Below are positions 11,720-23,088 of a stretch of 64,000 nucleotides of DNA, piece after piece. A model generated the notes under the pieces. It did no database searches. It was not told where the DNA came from and saw only the letters and a list, made by a program, of their open reading frames with translations. The stretch's first letter is position 1. Each line of letters starts with the position of its first letter. Both the position numbers and the translations under genes were made by a program. The DNA lies in contig BROI01000025.1 in NCBI GenBank assembly GCA_027923505.1, positions 186,001-250,000 of the forward strand, given 5' to 3'. The DNA comes from Mayamaea pseudoterrestris (lineage: Eukaryota).

Positions 11720-12504
11720 ATGTTTTCCCTTCCCCTCTTGACCCTTCTCGCCTTGGTCTCCATCGGCAGCATCTCCGCCCAGGAGGTCAACTCTCCATCG
11801 ACCCAAGTCAAGCTCGACGCCACCGCTCCACTCCAGGCGGAAGTTGCTGCCAACTCCATCATGGACGACGACGAGGAGGATGACGGCGAGCGCATTTTTT
11901 CGGTCGGCATCAAGGCCAACGTGGGAGGTATCGACTACGACAGCATCACCGGCGAGCACGAAGCCTACTTGGAGGATGCCATCAAGTTTGCCTACGACAA
12001 GACCCACAAGAACTCGGACAAGTACGTCATTAGCAACCACTTGGTCGCCAAGGAAAAGGGCGAGCCGGATGAGGGCAACAAGAATCTTTCGCTCCTTCGC
12101 GGATTGGCGTACGTTCCCAAGAAGCCCGTCTGGAACTCTGGGTGGCACACGTGGACCACGCTCAGTTGCCGATTCTGTGGTGAGTACATGTTTTTGATTG
12201 TCATGATTTGTTAAATGTGCGCGCGCGTCGAATGGAAAGTACTGCACTTTGGCTCGTCCTCACTCATTTCTTGCTCCACTCATTTCCATCAGGATCCGAA
12301 CGCCGCGTACTGTCCGACCACTTTCTCGGAAGCAGCGACGCGCTCGAGTCCTCGGCCGCCCAGGAGCGCTGGGAAAATTTCTTCTGCAAATTGCTCCGCG
12401 AGTCTGGCTATGAAGCCTTGGAGGATGCGCACAATTGCCGCTTTAGCATTTCGCACGATGGGCACGGTCAAGACCACGAGGTTGTCATGATTCGCAAGCA
12501 GTAA
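11720..12504 (+). CDS. Secreted protein of unknown function (2 exons)
   Basis: Signal peptide MFSLPLLTLLALVSIGSISA. Intron 12180-12292 (GTGAGT..CAG) gives SCRFCGSERRVL...FFCKLLRESG...NCRF. Codon third positions are strongly C/G-biased. Confidence 0.8.
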
Positions 12505-12976
12505 GGCGACATACTCTAAATCAACGCAACAACTATGGATGAAGTAGAGTTTTGCAACTCGACGCGGGTTGTGGTAGCCTCATGCTGTACCGAGCTTTTT
12601 GCGCATAACAACAAGTGACACATTTTACAAAATATACATATAATAACGAAATATAGCAACATATGAGCATTCATACTTACAGCCATCTTTTTCTTGTTTG
12701 CTGTAGCCATCGTCTTTCTCACGCAAGCATATATGCTTGGCTCGATGTCCTTGCCACCAACTGGAAAACAAGCAGTAGCTTTACGTCGCACTGGTTAACA
12801 CTGCGACATTTGACGGATTCCTCCGCAAAGCGTCCGTCCGTCGCCCGTTTTTGGATGACCTGCGGAAGTGGCAGTGGATTTCGCCATGACGCGCGCCAAG
12901 CATGCATGCTGATCCCTGATCCCTCTCAAGTTGCTGCATCCTTCATACACACTACTATTATCACATTACAGCTGCA

Positions 12977-15900
12977 ATGAAACCAACTCCGGCGAACCGC
13001 CCCATTCGAGACCGCAAGACGGTGACGCACTACAGTGACGATAATCCGCAAACTTTCACCGTCAAGAAGCGTCGGAACGATCATGACGACGACGAGCATC
13101 ATGACGAGCATGAGCAAACGCATGTATCTTCCAGCAGCAAGCGACGAAGGAGACCAGGGCAACTGCATGAAAAAGCAGACGAGCATGATGACGAACAAGT
13201 GAAAAGGAATCATGTCAAGACGGAATCGAAAGCAAGGCGACGGAGATTGCCAGGCGACGACGCTGCTGCCGTTTCGTCGTTTCGGCCCTCGTCAACGTCG
13301 TCAAGGTCCACTCATCTTGGCGGCGCTCCCAATAAACAGAAATCGGCGGTAGCAGTCAAGAAGCCTTTGTCTCCGCGCAAGCAATTGCAGCAGCAGCATG
13401 TGACAGCGACGAACGCGTCGACATTACCAAAAACGATTCTCCAGTCTCCGCCCGCTCACGTTGCAAAAGACGTCATTTTGCCGCACAAGACAGTCATTCA
13501 TCCGCTACTTTCGCCGGCAGTGTTCCTGTCGGCCAGCGACATGCAAAGGGCTTGCGTCGGTAATAGTCATTCTATCGGAGCAGCGTCTAATTCAAACTCG
13601 AATAGCAGCAACAGTGAACCAGCGGCAAAATTACTCTCCTGGAACACGCGATTACACGACCAAAGCAACTCGCGGCAACCGCCGCCGCCCTTTACCTGCT
13701 ACCAGGAGCAGTCTAGTAGCAGCAGTGCAAGCGACAATAGCAGCAGCAGCAGCAGTAACATGAATCCGCAATATGCCGCGCTGGGCGACGCGGTGGGAAG
13801 CGTGTGGTTGATCAAACTGGGACCCCACCGAGCGTCGGTGATACATCGGTGCTTGGAAACGGACGCGGCCCAGCGGGAGCTGCGAAATAACGTTGGAACC
13901 AGTGTCAAGACTGCGGCGAGTGCGGCAAGCAATACGAGTGCAGCAGCATCAAGCTCGAGTAGTAGTTTCGCCACATCCGTGACGCGCACCACCGTCAGCT
14001 ACCCCAACTCGGTCGTGCAAGTTGCCTGGCACGACGATTTCGTCGTCGTCTTGACGCAGCAGGAACTGCAAGGCTTACGATTCATTTCCGCGCATGGAGT
14101 TTGCACTTGTGCGGTTCAATTCACACTGCCGGTGCACGCGGCGCGCAGCAATCATCAGTTACTCGTGGAAATGAACTTGCGCCAGAGTTTGCTGTGGGTC
14201 ACTGGACACGGGCCGACGCCAGTGATTGAGCATGAAAAGATTCAACATAATGGAAACGTGTTAGTTGCAAATAGTTTGTGGATTGTATCAAACCAAGGAA
14301 CGTGCGAGCCACTGCTGCGGAAATCAAGTGACGACAATCAACATGCAATATACGGCAACACGGATCGCTTGAACGCACAGGAAACTCCCACTTGCCTTAC
14401 CGCAATTTGGGATACATCGCTCTCGCATGCTACTGCTGGTCGAGTTAATAATGACTTCGATATTTCGGATCGCACAATTCTCATGGTGACTTCACTAAAG
14501 AATTCCGGAAATGACCAACCCATGGTGCTTTCGCGCTATGACCTTTTAGAGCAACGATCACTACAACATACACACATTCCCACCGTTGCTCGACATGTGC
14601 GCGAGTGTTTTTTGCGCGCACAAAATGACTTTATTTTTGTGTCCACCTCCAAGGGTATTCGCGTCTACGAAAGCTCCGACTTGGTGTGCTTGCACGTGTA
14701 CGGTGAAACGGTGTCGCTGCACGGCAAGTCGGTGCTTTGGCGATCATGTGCCTGGATGTTGCAGCCGCAGTATGAAGCAACCTCGGTGCGAGTCTCCAAG
14801 AAGCGCAAGCAAGCGTGGCTGGAACGGACGGACCAGTTGGATTGTCAAATGCAGCACGAGCAATCTTTACAAGTGAATCAAGATCAGGAGTTTTTGTTAA
14901 TGGGTATACCTCATCCGTATCGTGGCCCGCATGAGTTACAATCAACCTTGTCCGTTTGGAAGCCGGGAACGTCGGTGCCTCTCACGTCGCTGTCAGTCCC
15001 GACGGGTGGAGTATTGGGTGTATCGCTGCTCAACGAGGCCAATGGATGGCGCATGATCTACGTGACGGCCAAGCTGGGGCAAGTGTTTGAGTGGAGGGGG
15101 AGTTTGCATACCGACTTTGCTGGCATTCAGTATCCGGTAGGCTACAGTGTCATTCACGACAATGTTGAATATATTGAAGATGAGGATGAATTGGATCAAC
15201 TCGTCGTGTGGGAAACAACAGCTGAACAAGAAGCAGAGGCAGATGACATCGCGACTGAAGGCGCCGTTGAAGTGGGCAGTGATTCGAATGTCGACGCCGA
15301 ATTGGTCGAAGCTTTGCGAATATCCATTCTAGAGCTCGACAAGCAAAAGAAAGCTGCAGCTACCGATGGCGACATGAACGAGGAAAAGGAAACAGAAGAT
15401 GAGGCCACTGGAGAGCTCGTATCTGTATTACTCGACGAAGGAGAGTGTTCGCTGGATGAAGTGATGCTACCCTGCCGTCCAGAGCATAAGGAAGTAGACG
15501 ACGAGTCGTCGCAAGGGCCCGCATCTCCTGTGAGGGACAGCCCTTTGCGGATGCTCAAAAGCTTTGAGTTCTTTGCTAGTCTGCCGCAGCAACGAGCGGC
15601 GCGCGATGCGTATCAAGAAATGATGGAGCAACACGCCGCCGTGTCTCAGGACATGACAAAAGACCCGATGAATAATGACTCGGAATCAAAGTTTTCAGCT
15701 GCAGCAAAACCTAAAGCGAAGCGGAACCGAGCAACCAATATAGAAGCCATGATACAATCGTCAGTTGACCCGATACTTCGTCAGAAAATGCTCTTGCGTT
15801 CAAGCATGTGGGCGGATGGATCAGGGAGCACCATGAAGCAGATTGAACCAGTTAATGCCGATCAGTTTTCTCCTTGCTACTTGGGTACATCAATGCTCAG

Positions 15901-17755
15901 CGCCGATGTTCAACAAAATCAATCATTACTAGCGCCGACAAACGTCGCGATGAATGTCCATGTTACGAGTGAACATGCTAGTGCAAATGACGGCGCGGAT
16001 TGCAGGTTAGAGTTAAATGCAAACGTCGCCCAAGGAAACTTAAATATTGAAAGATCGCCAACGATTATTTCAAAAGCATCAGAGGAAGAAAGGGAAATTG
16101 CGCGAGAGTTGCTGCACTTGAGTCCTTCTCCAAGACATTCTTCCATGCCGCCACGCGATGATCCTTGTGGGACAGAATCGCTGAATGATGTGGTTGATCA
16201 TGGCCATGGCCATCAGGACGAGCCTATAAATCCGCCCAGCCTTCGAAATGTCGCGAAAGATGCAGCGGAGATTGTCGTCACACCCAGCGAGAAAGGTCCG
16301 ACCGATCTACAACAGTCTCTTTCCCAAATCAATCCGCAATGCCCTGCATGTCGAGGTCGAATGGTCCTGCATCAATGTGGAAAGCGAGAAATTCCTGTTG
16401 ACTATGCAGCTATCGAGCGCGCCGAAAGGGAGAGAAAGGAGGAAGAAGAAAAGGAAAAATTGCAACGCAAGACGGAAAAAAGAAGAGCCGCCGAGGCCAG
16501 ACGTCGAGATGCGCGGAAAAAGAAGAAAGAAGAGGAGGAAGATCTTCGACGACGGGAAGAGGAGGCTAGACTTAAGTATTTGCAAAATCATCCGTGCGAG
16601 GACAGCCACACAGAGCACAATGGTCACATATATGGTGACCATGATCGCGGTTGGAACTCGAATGCGATTACTACTTCGCCTTTGTCATCCCGTGCGTCTG
16701 CGGTTGTTGCTGATCAAGCAATTCGATCACCTAGAGCTGAATATGAACATTCAGCGTACGTCGGTCGCTCAAATGCAATCCCCTCCCTTGCGAGTTTAGC
16801 GCAACAGACTCAAATAGAACGAGAATACCGGACACCCAGATATGGATATGGATACCCAAAACCATCTCATGGAAATGACTATGGTTACTCTAGCGGACAT
16901 GCGCAGGATTCAGCGACTGAGTATCAAGCACCTGCAGCGCCTTACTCTCACGCGAATGCACTGTCGAATTCGTACGAGCAGGGTCAAGATGTTGAGAACC
17001 AGCAGAGAGATTCTGTTTCTGACGACAATATGCAAGCTACAAATTCTACCTTCGGCCTCAACGAACCATCTCAATCTCAGCCGACATGTACATCTTCTGG
17101 CGATAGGACACTCTTGTCTTTTGCGAAAAGTTCACAAGAACAATTGCAACCTTTGGAACGCACAGCGTCTGTTCTGTCTGACTATCCGACTTTAAGCATT
17201 AATGGCACAGAGTTGAAACCTTCGACAACGTTATCTGCGTTTGATGCTCTATCAGCCCTTGCTGGATTAGCAGATTTTATGGTGGCTGTCCCTACCGGTC
17301 CGGACGATGGATGCGATACCGCGTCAGAACAGAAGAGTACCTTTGCCACCCATGGCGTCATGGATGAGTCTTCGCTACGTACTGACATGTCGACGGAATC
17401 GCATCCACACAATTTTAATGACGCTACTACACACGCAGGAACATCGAACGTTGACGATTTGGCAAGCAACCACTTTCAAAAAGCAAGCGATGGCCCAGAG
17501 CGGCCTGGCGCTTGCCCTGAACAATCTGCCAATCACAATGCGCAGGCAAGAATCGATGCTACAGCATCAATGTTGGAAGTGGACGCTGTCGAAGACGGTT
17601 TGGTGAATGCTGTACCTCGACTTCCGGCGACTAACGGCATCGCATCGGAAGTGATGCACGCGCCAAGGCCAACGACGGAGGATTCTACCGGTATTGACTC
17701 AGGGACGCATTCCACTTTGATGCAAGTGGCTACTGCTGCTTCCAATGCGTTGTAA
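12977..17755 (+). CDS. Large nuclear protein, divergent RBBP5/Swd1-like beta-propeller with long disordered extensions
   Basis: 1592-aa ORF with a basic NLS-rich N-terminus and a beta-rich core. The core ends in DFAGIQYPVGYSVIHDNVEYIEDEDELD, resembling the RBBP5 segment FAPDFKELDENVEYEERESEFD. CPACRGRMVLHQC and a charged coiled coil follow. The CDS is secure; the family call is moderate. Confidence 0.65.
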   Translation: MKPTPANRPIRDRKTVTHYSDDNPQTFTVKKRRNDHDDDEHHDEHEQTHVSSSSKRRRRPGQLHEKADEHDDEQVKRNHVKTESKARRRRLPGDDAAAVSSFRPSSTSSRSTHLGGAPNKQKSAVAVKKPLSPRKQLQQQHVTATNASTLPKTILQSPPAHVAKDVILPHKTVIHPLLSPAVFLSASDMQRACVGNSHSIGAASNSNSNSSNSEPAAKLLSWNTRLHDQSNSRQPPPPFTCYQEQSSSSSASDNSSSSSSNMNPQYAALGDAVGSVWLIKLGPHRASVIHRCLETDAAQRELRNNVGTSVKTAASAASNTSAAASSSSSSFATSVTRTTVSYPNSVVQVAWHDDFVVVLTQQELQGLRFISAHGVCTCAVQFTLPVHAARSNHQLLVEMNLRQSLLWVTGHGPTPVIEHEKIQHNGNVLVANSLWIVSNQGTCEPLLRKSSDDNQHAIYGNTDRLNAQETPTCLTAIWDTSLSHATAGRVNNDFDISDRTILMVTSLKNSGNDQPMVLSRYDLLEQRSLQHTHIPTVARHVRECFLRAQNDFIFVSTSKGIRVYESSDLVCLHVYGETVSLHGKSVLWRSCAWMLQPQYEATSVRVSKKRKQAWLERTDQLDCQMQHEQSLQVNQDQEFLLMGIPHPYRGPHELQSTLSVWKPGTSVPLTSLSVPTGGVLGVSLLNEANGWRMIYVTAKLGQVFEWRGSLHTDFAGIQYPVGYSVIHDNVEYIEDEDELDQLVVWETTAEQEAEADDIATEGAVEVGSDSNVDAELVEALRISILELDKQKKAAATDGDMNEEKETEDEATGELVSVLLDEGECSLDEVMLPCRPEHKEVDDESSQGPASPVRDSPLRMLKSFEFFASLPQQRAARDAYQEMMEQHAAVSQDMTKDPMNNDSESKFSAAAKPKAKRNRATNIEAMIQSSVDPILRQKMLLRSSMWADGSGSTMKQIEPVNADQFSPCYLGTSMLSADVQQNQSLLAPTNVAMNVHVTSEHASANDGADCRLELNANVAQGNLNIERSPTIISKASEEEREIARELLHLSPSPRHSSMPPRDDPCGTESLNDVVDHGHGHQDEPINPPSLRNVAKDAAEIVVTPSEKGPTDLQQSLSQINPQCPACRGRMVLHQCGKREIPVDYAAIERAERERKEEEEKEKLQRKTEKRRAAEARRRDARKKKKEEEEDLRRREEEARLKYLQNHPCEDSHTEHNGHIYGDHDRGWNSNAITTSPLSSRASAVVADQAIRSPRAEYEHSAYVGRSNAIPSLASLAQQTQIEREYRTPRYGYGYPKPSHGNDYGYSSGHAQDSATEYQAPAAPYSHANALSNSYEQGQDVENQQRDSVSDDNMQATNSTFGLNEPSQSQPTCTSSGDRTLLSFAKSSQEQLQPLERTASVLSDYPTLSINGTELKPSTTLSAFDALSALAGLADFMVAVPTGPDDGCDTASEQKSTFATHGVMDESSLRTDMSTESHPHNFNDATTHAGTSNVDDLASNHFQKASDGPERPGACPEQSANHNAQARIDATASMLEVDAVEDGLVNAVPRLPATNGIASEVMHAPRPTTEDSTGIDSGTHSTLMQVATAASNAL

Positions 17756-17937
17756 GTTAAACAATGCCAGCACGGCTGATACGGCGAATTTGCACTGCAA
17801 GTAAATGGGGGTTCTAGGCGACAACCAGCGTGGAGATACTAAAATGGCCTAGCGCCGATTCTGTTTCAAATAATTTTTGCATATTGGTAATAGCTATTCT
17901 GTCCCGTTGATCGTCAGTTTACGTTGTGTGATCATAT

Positions 17938-19103
17938 TCAAGCTGTTACGCCTTCCGCCTGACTCTCCATGGCCGCATCGACACTACGCTTGGAGCGCGC
18001 CAACAGTTGCAAGACGGCATTGGGCGGAATGCTGTGCGCCCCCAGCGTCGCCCAGTCCTCTAAGACCTTTCCATAGAATAGCAAATGCTGCTGATCCTTT
18101 GGCGTCCCATGTTCCTCCTCCACCATGCGCTTGATGCGGTCAATGGTCGTTTCTCGATTGACGGAAAAATGATAGACTTGACCCTTGAGCGTGCGAATGC
18201 GAATCTGAAAGCTAGTGTTTTTACTCTTTAGATCGCTCCGTATCATTTCGGCATCATCAAGGTCGCTTGGATGAAGGCCAAGAGTCTTTCGCGTCGGCAG
18301 CAATTGTCTGGCAGACGACTTGCCGCTCAAGCCTGAACGGAACGAAATGTCATAGTTCGAGTACTTGCCACTCGCGCCATCAAGGCTGCCTTCGTCAAAG
18401 CGCGTGCGCTCCTCCACAATGGACGAAGAGCTTGTCCTCGAGTCCACGATTGGCAAAGTGCGTTCCTCCTGCATGACGCTCATGCTGCGACTTCGTTCCT
18501 CAACGTCAACATCCTGTCTCCCGTCTTCCACCTTGACACTGTCAAACTTCCACACGTCTTGATCAATGTGACTCTCGTAGCGTGCCTTGAGTAGCTGCTT
18601 GGTGGCCATGACACGCTTCTCCTGCGCCCACTCGTCCAGCTCTCCGTCAGGGTCATGTCCAACGACGCGGCCGCACAGCAACAGACAGTCGTGAATGTAA
18701 CTGACGGGATCCATCATGTGCATCTTCCACATTTGTTCGACTGGAATGATAATAACAGGTAAAAGAGTCTTGAGTAGCCATTCAAAAGGGACACATCTGA
18801 CTACTATATACTGTATATACACTCACCAGCTAAACTCGGCGCCACGATTTGTGCATCCCAATCCTCCAGTACCTTTTTCAGCTCCAAGAATTGCCGGTAC
18901 GCCTTGCATACTCGTTCGGCAAAGTCATGGCTCCATCCGTGCGTCCTCACGCAGCGACGCATCAAGCGGTTGGCGCCAATGTTGTTGTTGTCGTTGTCAC
19001 TCGCCGGCAACAACCACCAATCGTCTGGTGAAAGCTGTTCCGTCGTTCGACTCGTAACGGGAACATGCGTCACGCCATTGGCATCATGCGTATAGTCGGC
19101 CAT
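17938..19103 (-). CDS. GRDP1/DUF1399-like domain protein with C-terminal ubiquitin-like domain (2 exons)
   Basis: GWSHDFAERVCKAYRQFLELK...APSLAVEQMWKMHMMDPVSYIHDC, joined by intron 18741-18826. The UBL is FQIRIRTLKGQ...IKRMVEEEHGTPKDQQHLLFYGKVLEDWATLGAHSIPPNAVLQLL. Confidence 0.8.
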
Positions 19104-19995
19104 GGTGATTGCTTGCGATGAGAGAGACTTTTGCAAATGGGATGATGAGAGTAATCGAACGATTGTGTTGCATGGCATCGTTACATAGAAGTCACGCAAT
19201 GGATGTTTCATCGCCAATTGGTCGCTCATCTACTCTTGGGGCCACAGTGGCAAGGCTGGCGCGCCATGAAACGCTCAACGTAAACCGATGCGACATTTTG
19301 TCCGACGCGCCATTTTGAAATTGCCAGCCACCAAGATCGAGTCACAGTTCCATCTTCTGTCCAAGTTGGTTAGGCCAAATCAATGAGAGAATAGATGTCA
19401 GCTCACTCAGGCTTGTATTGACTCTGCCAGCTTAAGTAACTTTGCAGCCATCCGTGAGTCCCATCATCTGAATGGCTAGCAACAAGGTGCATACTGTAGT
19501 AGTTTCGCGGTAGTTTCCATGCGAAGCCAATCGGAATTCGCTATCGTATCATTGCGAGCCTTGTTTGTTCAATGGGCAATAGCAAATGCAGATCTTGACC
19601 TCCTTTGGGCAGCCTCTCAAAAATGCTCAGCCAATCGAATGAAATAATTGTAAAGCAGTCATTATTTAAAAGAATCTCAATAGCCCTGACTGCAACCATG
19701 CAGCTGGCTTGCGCTAATGGTTCGAGCGGATCGGTCGTCCTATTGCCTCGTTTAGCATATCATTGTCTGTCATTGTCTATCATGCTTCTCACTTTGCCGA
19801 TGTACCAATGATGATGACGACCGATACGGCCCGTGAAGCATTAGATCGGAGGACGGATCTTGCTTGATTCGCTTCACACGAGAGACACGGCAGAGCGACA
19901 GGCTCATTTCTCACTCCCATAACGTACAACTTGCCGCTCGTCCAAGACTTGCCTCCGATCATCGATTGCAAGCTCTTGATTATCACCAGCATAGC

Positions 19996-20235
19996 ATGAA
20001 GCCTGATCAGTCACTCGCCAATGAACAACAACACACAAACATTCTATCGAGTCGGTCGCTCGAATCACATCGATGGAACGAGCAACAAAGTGCTCGCATG
20101 GAAGCAGCTGATCCGTCGTCCAAGCAATTACCGTCCAATGCTTTGATGCGCCGACAGGTCCTTCGCACCATTATTCAAGATGCCTTGAATCTTTTAAATG
20201 ACGATGATGAAGTATTAGACTTTTTCCAGCAATGA
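19996..20235 (+). CDS. Small hypothetical protein (79 aa from first ATG)
   Basis: ORF ends in an amphipathic-acidic helix RRQVLRTIIQDALNLLNDDDE, followed by an AT-rich 3' region. A TATA-like TATTTAAAA lies near 19663. Confidence 0.4.
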   Translation: MKPDQSLANEQQHTNILSSRSLESHRWNEQQSARMEAADPSSKQLPSNALMRRQVLRTIIQDALNLLNDDDEVLDFFQQ

Positions 20236-20479
20236 AAGATTTCACTCAAGGGTCGTTCACTATATCGGGCCTGTCGCACGCCTTTGGTTTTCAATTATGC
20301 TTGCTACTATTCCGAGTATAGTGTATGAATATTCATTTTTTAGTACATTTAAATGGTATTCTATGCAATGTCTACTATGAAAGTCTCTTGACCAAAGCGC
20401 CCTTCATAGCCACTCGCTTCGCAAGTCGCAAGCCTTGCCAGTTGACGCATATACAAGCGCTCGCTCCATCAACACCTGT

Positions 20480-21703
20480 CTATGCATTGCTTATCTTTTG
20501 TTGAATCTTTAATAAATGTGCCCGCACGAGAAATTGCTGCTTGGCGCACTGTCGCACCTGCTTCAAGTGTTGCTCGCAGTCAAACTGACCTTGATACAAG
20601 GCGCGGTCCAAAAAGTAGAGTGCATCCGTGAGACTGGCGTTGGTGGCTTCCAAATCGAGCAGCTGCGCATCCTGCGCCGATACTGGAACAGCTTCGACCT
20701 TGTTTGCAGATGCATCGGCATGTTGTTCTTGCATTTCAGCAGCATGCTCCAACCAAGCTTGTATATCCAATATACGCTGCTCCGTCACTGCCAAGTGCTC
20801 GGTCAGCTCCGTTTTGGCCTTGGTCAGAAACTCGAGTTGCCGCAATATCTTTTGCTCGTGCGCCCACTCCAAACGCTTTTCGTCGCGAGCATCCGCCTGC
20901 ATGTGCGCCTGCATGTCACTCATTTGCTGCAGCAAGTAGCGCCGCATCTTGTCATCCAGCTGACTCTTTAGCAAGACTAATCGTTCCTGTTCCTGCTGTT
21001 GCGACTTTTGGCGGCTCGCATGATTGGTGGCTGCGGCGCGCTCCTCGGCTTCGAGGCGACGCGCCAACTCGGCCGCCTCGTTGGCTTCGGCAATGGCCAC
21101 TTGCAGCAAGGCTTCCTGGACGCCGTCGTCGTCGTTACTATTCACAGGCAGCGGAGGAGGAGGATTTGGCTGCCATGACGATGATGATAGAGTCGTTGTC
21201 GACGCCGCAGATGTCGCCTGCACGGGCGGCGGCGGCGACAATCGCTCGGAACCAGCTGCAGCGGCGCGCGTAAAGACTGGCGGATCATTGGAAAAGACGC
21301 TGGACATGACCACCACCAGCTCGATCAAATTATGCGTCATTTTGTTCCACTCATGCAAATACGGCAAGTAGACTTTGCCAGTCGAGTCCACGTGCTTGTG
21401 ATTCTGCTTCAAATACATGTTGGGACTCGCCAATCGCACGTAGCATGCCGGCGGCTGGTTTGGATATTTCGGCGGAAGAAATATATCCATCAGTAGTTGA
21501 TACGTGTTACCGCGAAAGTGCATGGCGATCGTTCCCTGCAGCGTCATGACGTTAATATTATCCAGTAGACAGGGAGTGGGAGTCAAGTGCGCCCCGACGC
21601 TGGATCCAAGAAGCGACGCCGCGTCGCGATCGACGCGAGCCGGATCGCGGTACACTCCGCCGAGGCGAGTCAAGACACTAGTAACGCGGGGATCGTGTAC
21701 CAT
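20480..21703 (-). CDS. VPS23: ESCRT-I subunit TSG101/Vps23 (UEV + Pro-rich + coiled coil + steadiness box)
   Basis: UEV: GTIAMHFRGNTY..IFLPPKYPNQPP..HKHVDSTGKVYLPYLHEW..FSNDPPVF. Steadiness box: QLLDLEATNASLTDALYFLDRAL..LKQVRQCAKQQFLVRA. Confidence 0.93.
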   Translation of the reverse strand: MVHDPRVTSVLTRLGGVYRDPARVDRDAASLLGSSVGAHLTPTPCLLDNINVMTLQGTIAMHFRGNTYQLLMDIFLPPKYPNQPPACYVRLASPNMYLKQNHKHVDSTGKVYLPYLHEWNKMTHNLIELVVVMSSVFSNDPPVFTRAAAAGSERLSPPPPVQATSAASTTTLSSSSWQPNPPPPLPVNSNDDDGVQEALLQVAIAEANEAAELARRLEAEERAAATNHASRQKSQQQEQERLVLLKSQLDDKMRRYLLQQMSDMQAHMQADARDEKRLEWAHEQKILRQLEFLTKAKTELTEHLAVTEQRILDIQAWLEHAAEMQEQHADASANKVEAVPVSAQDAQLLDLEATNASLTDALYFLDRALYQGQFDCEQHLKQVRQCAKQQFLVRAHLLKIQQKISNA

Positions 21704-22005
21704 TATACTTTGGTAGAGCAAGGAGTGGAAGGAGGCGCAACGACGAAGAGTGTTCCATGGTGATGGAGAAGCACCTTTCATAACCTCTGCGACATATCTT
21801 GTGTTTTCATTCGCGCTGATTCGTTTTACTATAGCCCCAATGTCGTTGCCCCTTGGCCGGCTGACGCGCTTGACCTCCGATGCTCATCGTTTTCGCAAAA
21901 CTTGCTGCACCATTTCCATCATATTCACGGCTCTCTTCATCTCCATTAAGAGTCACCATCTTGCCATTTCTTCATATTATATAGTAATAAATTTTCGATT
22001 GAAGA

Positions 22006-23088
22006 ATGCGCGTCGAACTAGCCGCCGCGACGCTCGCATTGCCGTCCATGGTGGGAGCTGCCAAGCTGCTTCCGAGCAGGCACCGACGAGCTGCCATCGG
22101 AGGCGTTTCGCAACAGCGCAGTCACAATCAGCAGCAGCCTCTATGGAAACGCGAGTCGCTCCGTGCAACGTCCAGTAAAGTCTCGACTGCCAATCACAAT
22201 GAACCAGACGTTGGCATATTGTCGCCACAAGCACTGACGCAACGACACTTGCAAAACCAAAGTAACGACACCAACGTCATTGACCTTTGTGCGCTGCTAG
22301 ACGCGGAGGACCAAACCGTTTGCGACTGCAGCAACTGGAACGTGTTGGTCGGCTCGTTTGACTGTCAGCTGTACAATGGAAACTCGTACTGCTTTGAGGA
22401 ATACATTGCGAATGGCGTCTGCGGAACCGTTTCCTTTGGAGTAGACAGTGATGGCACGGACGTTTCGATTGAATATTGCGTCGCAACAACAAAGCCGTCC
22501 GTTCATTCCTACTGCACCAAGTATTCCATGTCGACGGATGGTTTCGTCAGCAGTCAGGGTGACTTTGGAGGAGCGGCTGGCAACTGCACCCTGACGGTGG
22601 ATGGCGACGAGTGCAACGCGTGCATGATTCAGACGGATTGCATTGATTTCAATGGAACTTCTCATCCTGGTCCAGGTATGTTTTGTTCTTGACTGTGAGA
22701 ATATGCAAGCATATCGCATGAGCTTTTGCGAAATCTAATCATACTTGTTCACCTCCTGTAAATTGCAGGCCCGTTTGACTGCAGCAACACTGCTGCTGGC
22801 ACAACCGGAAACCAATGCTTGGAGGACTTTCCATTTCCATTGTTTGATCCAAATGCAACTGCCACTACGTCAAATAGTGGAGGAGCAGGAACGAATGGCA
22901 ATTCCGGCAGTGATAATGGCCAAGCTCCGGCGACGTCACCCACAACTGAAACAGAAAATAATGGCGGTTCCAGTACTCCAGCTGGCGTTGAAACAGTGAC
23001 GGAGAATAGCGCCGCTTGGCAAGCTTTCTCGACCAGCACTGCGGTGCTTGCTGCGACTGGCCTGCTTGCTGTCGTGACATTTTGGTAA
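22006..23088 (+). CDS. Cys-rich secreted, probably GPI-anchored surface protein (family A, copy 1; 2 exons)
   Basis: Signal peptide MRVELAAATLALPSMVGA and many Cys. Intron 22676-22768 gives PGPGPFDCSNT. Followed by a S/T/G/N-rich stalk and a hydrophobic C-terminus with no cytosolic tail. Confidence 0.85.

Noticed and set aside
19780..19995. Possible selenocysteine or TGA readthrough upstream of the small ORF
   Set aside because: No in-frame ATG, no redox motif around the TGA codons and no SECIS that I could identify.
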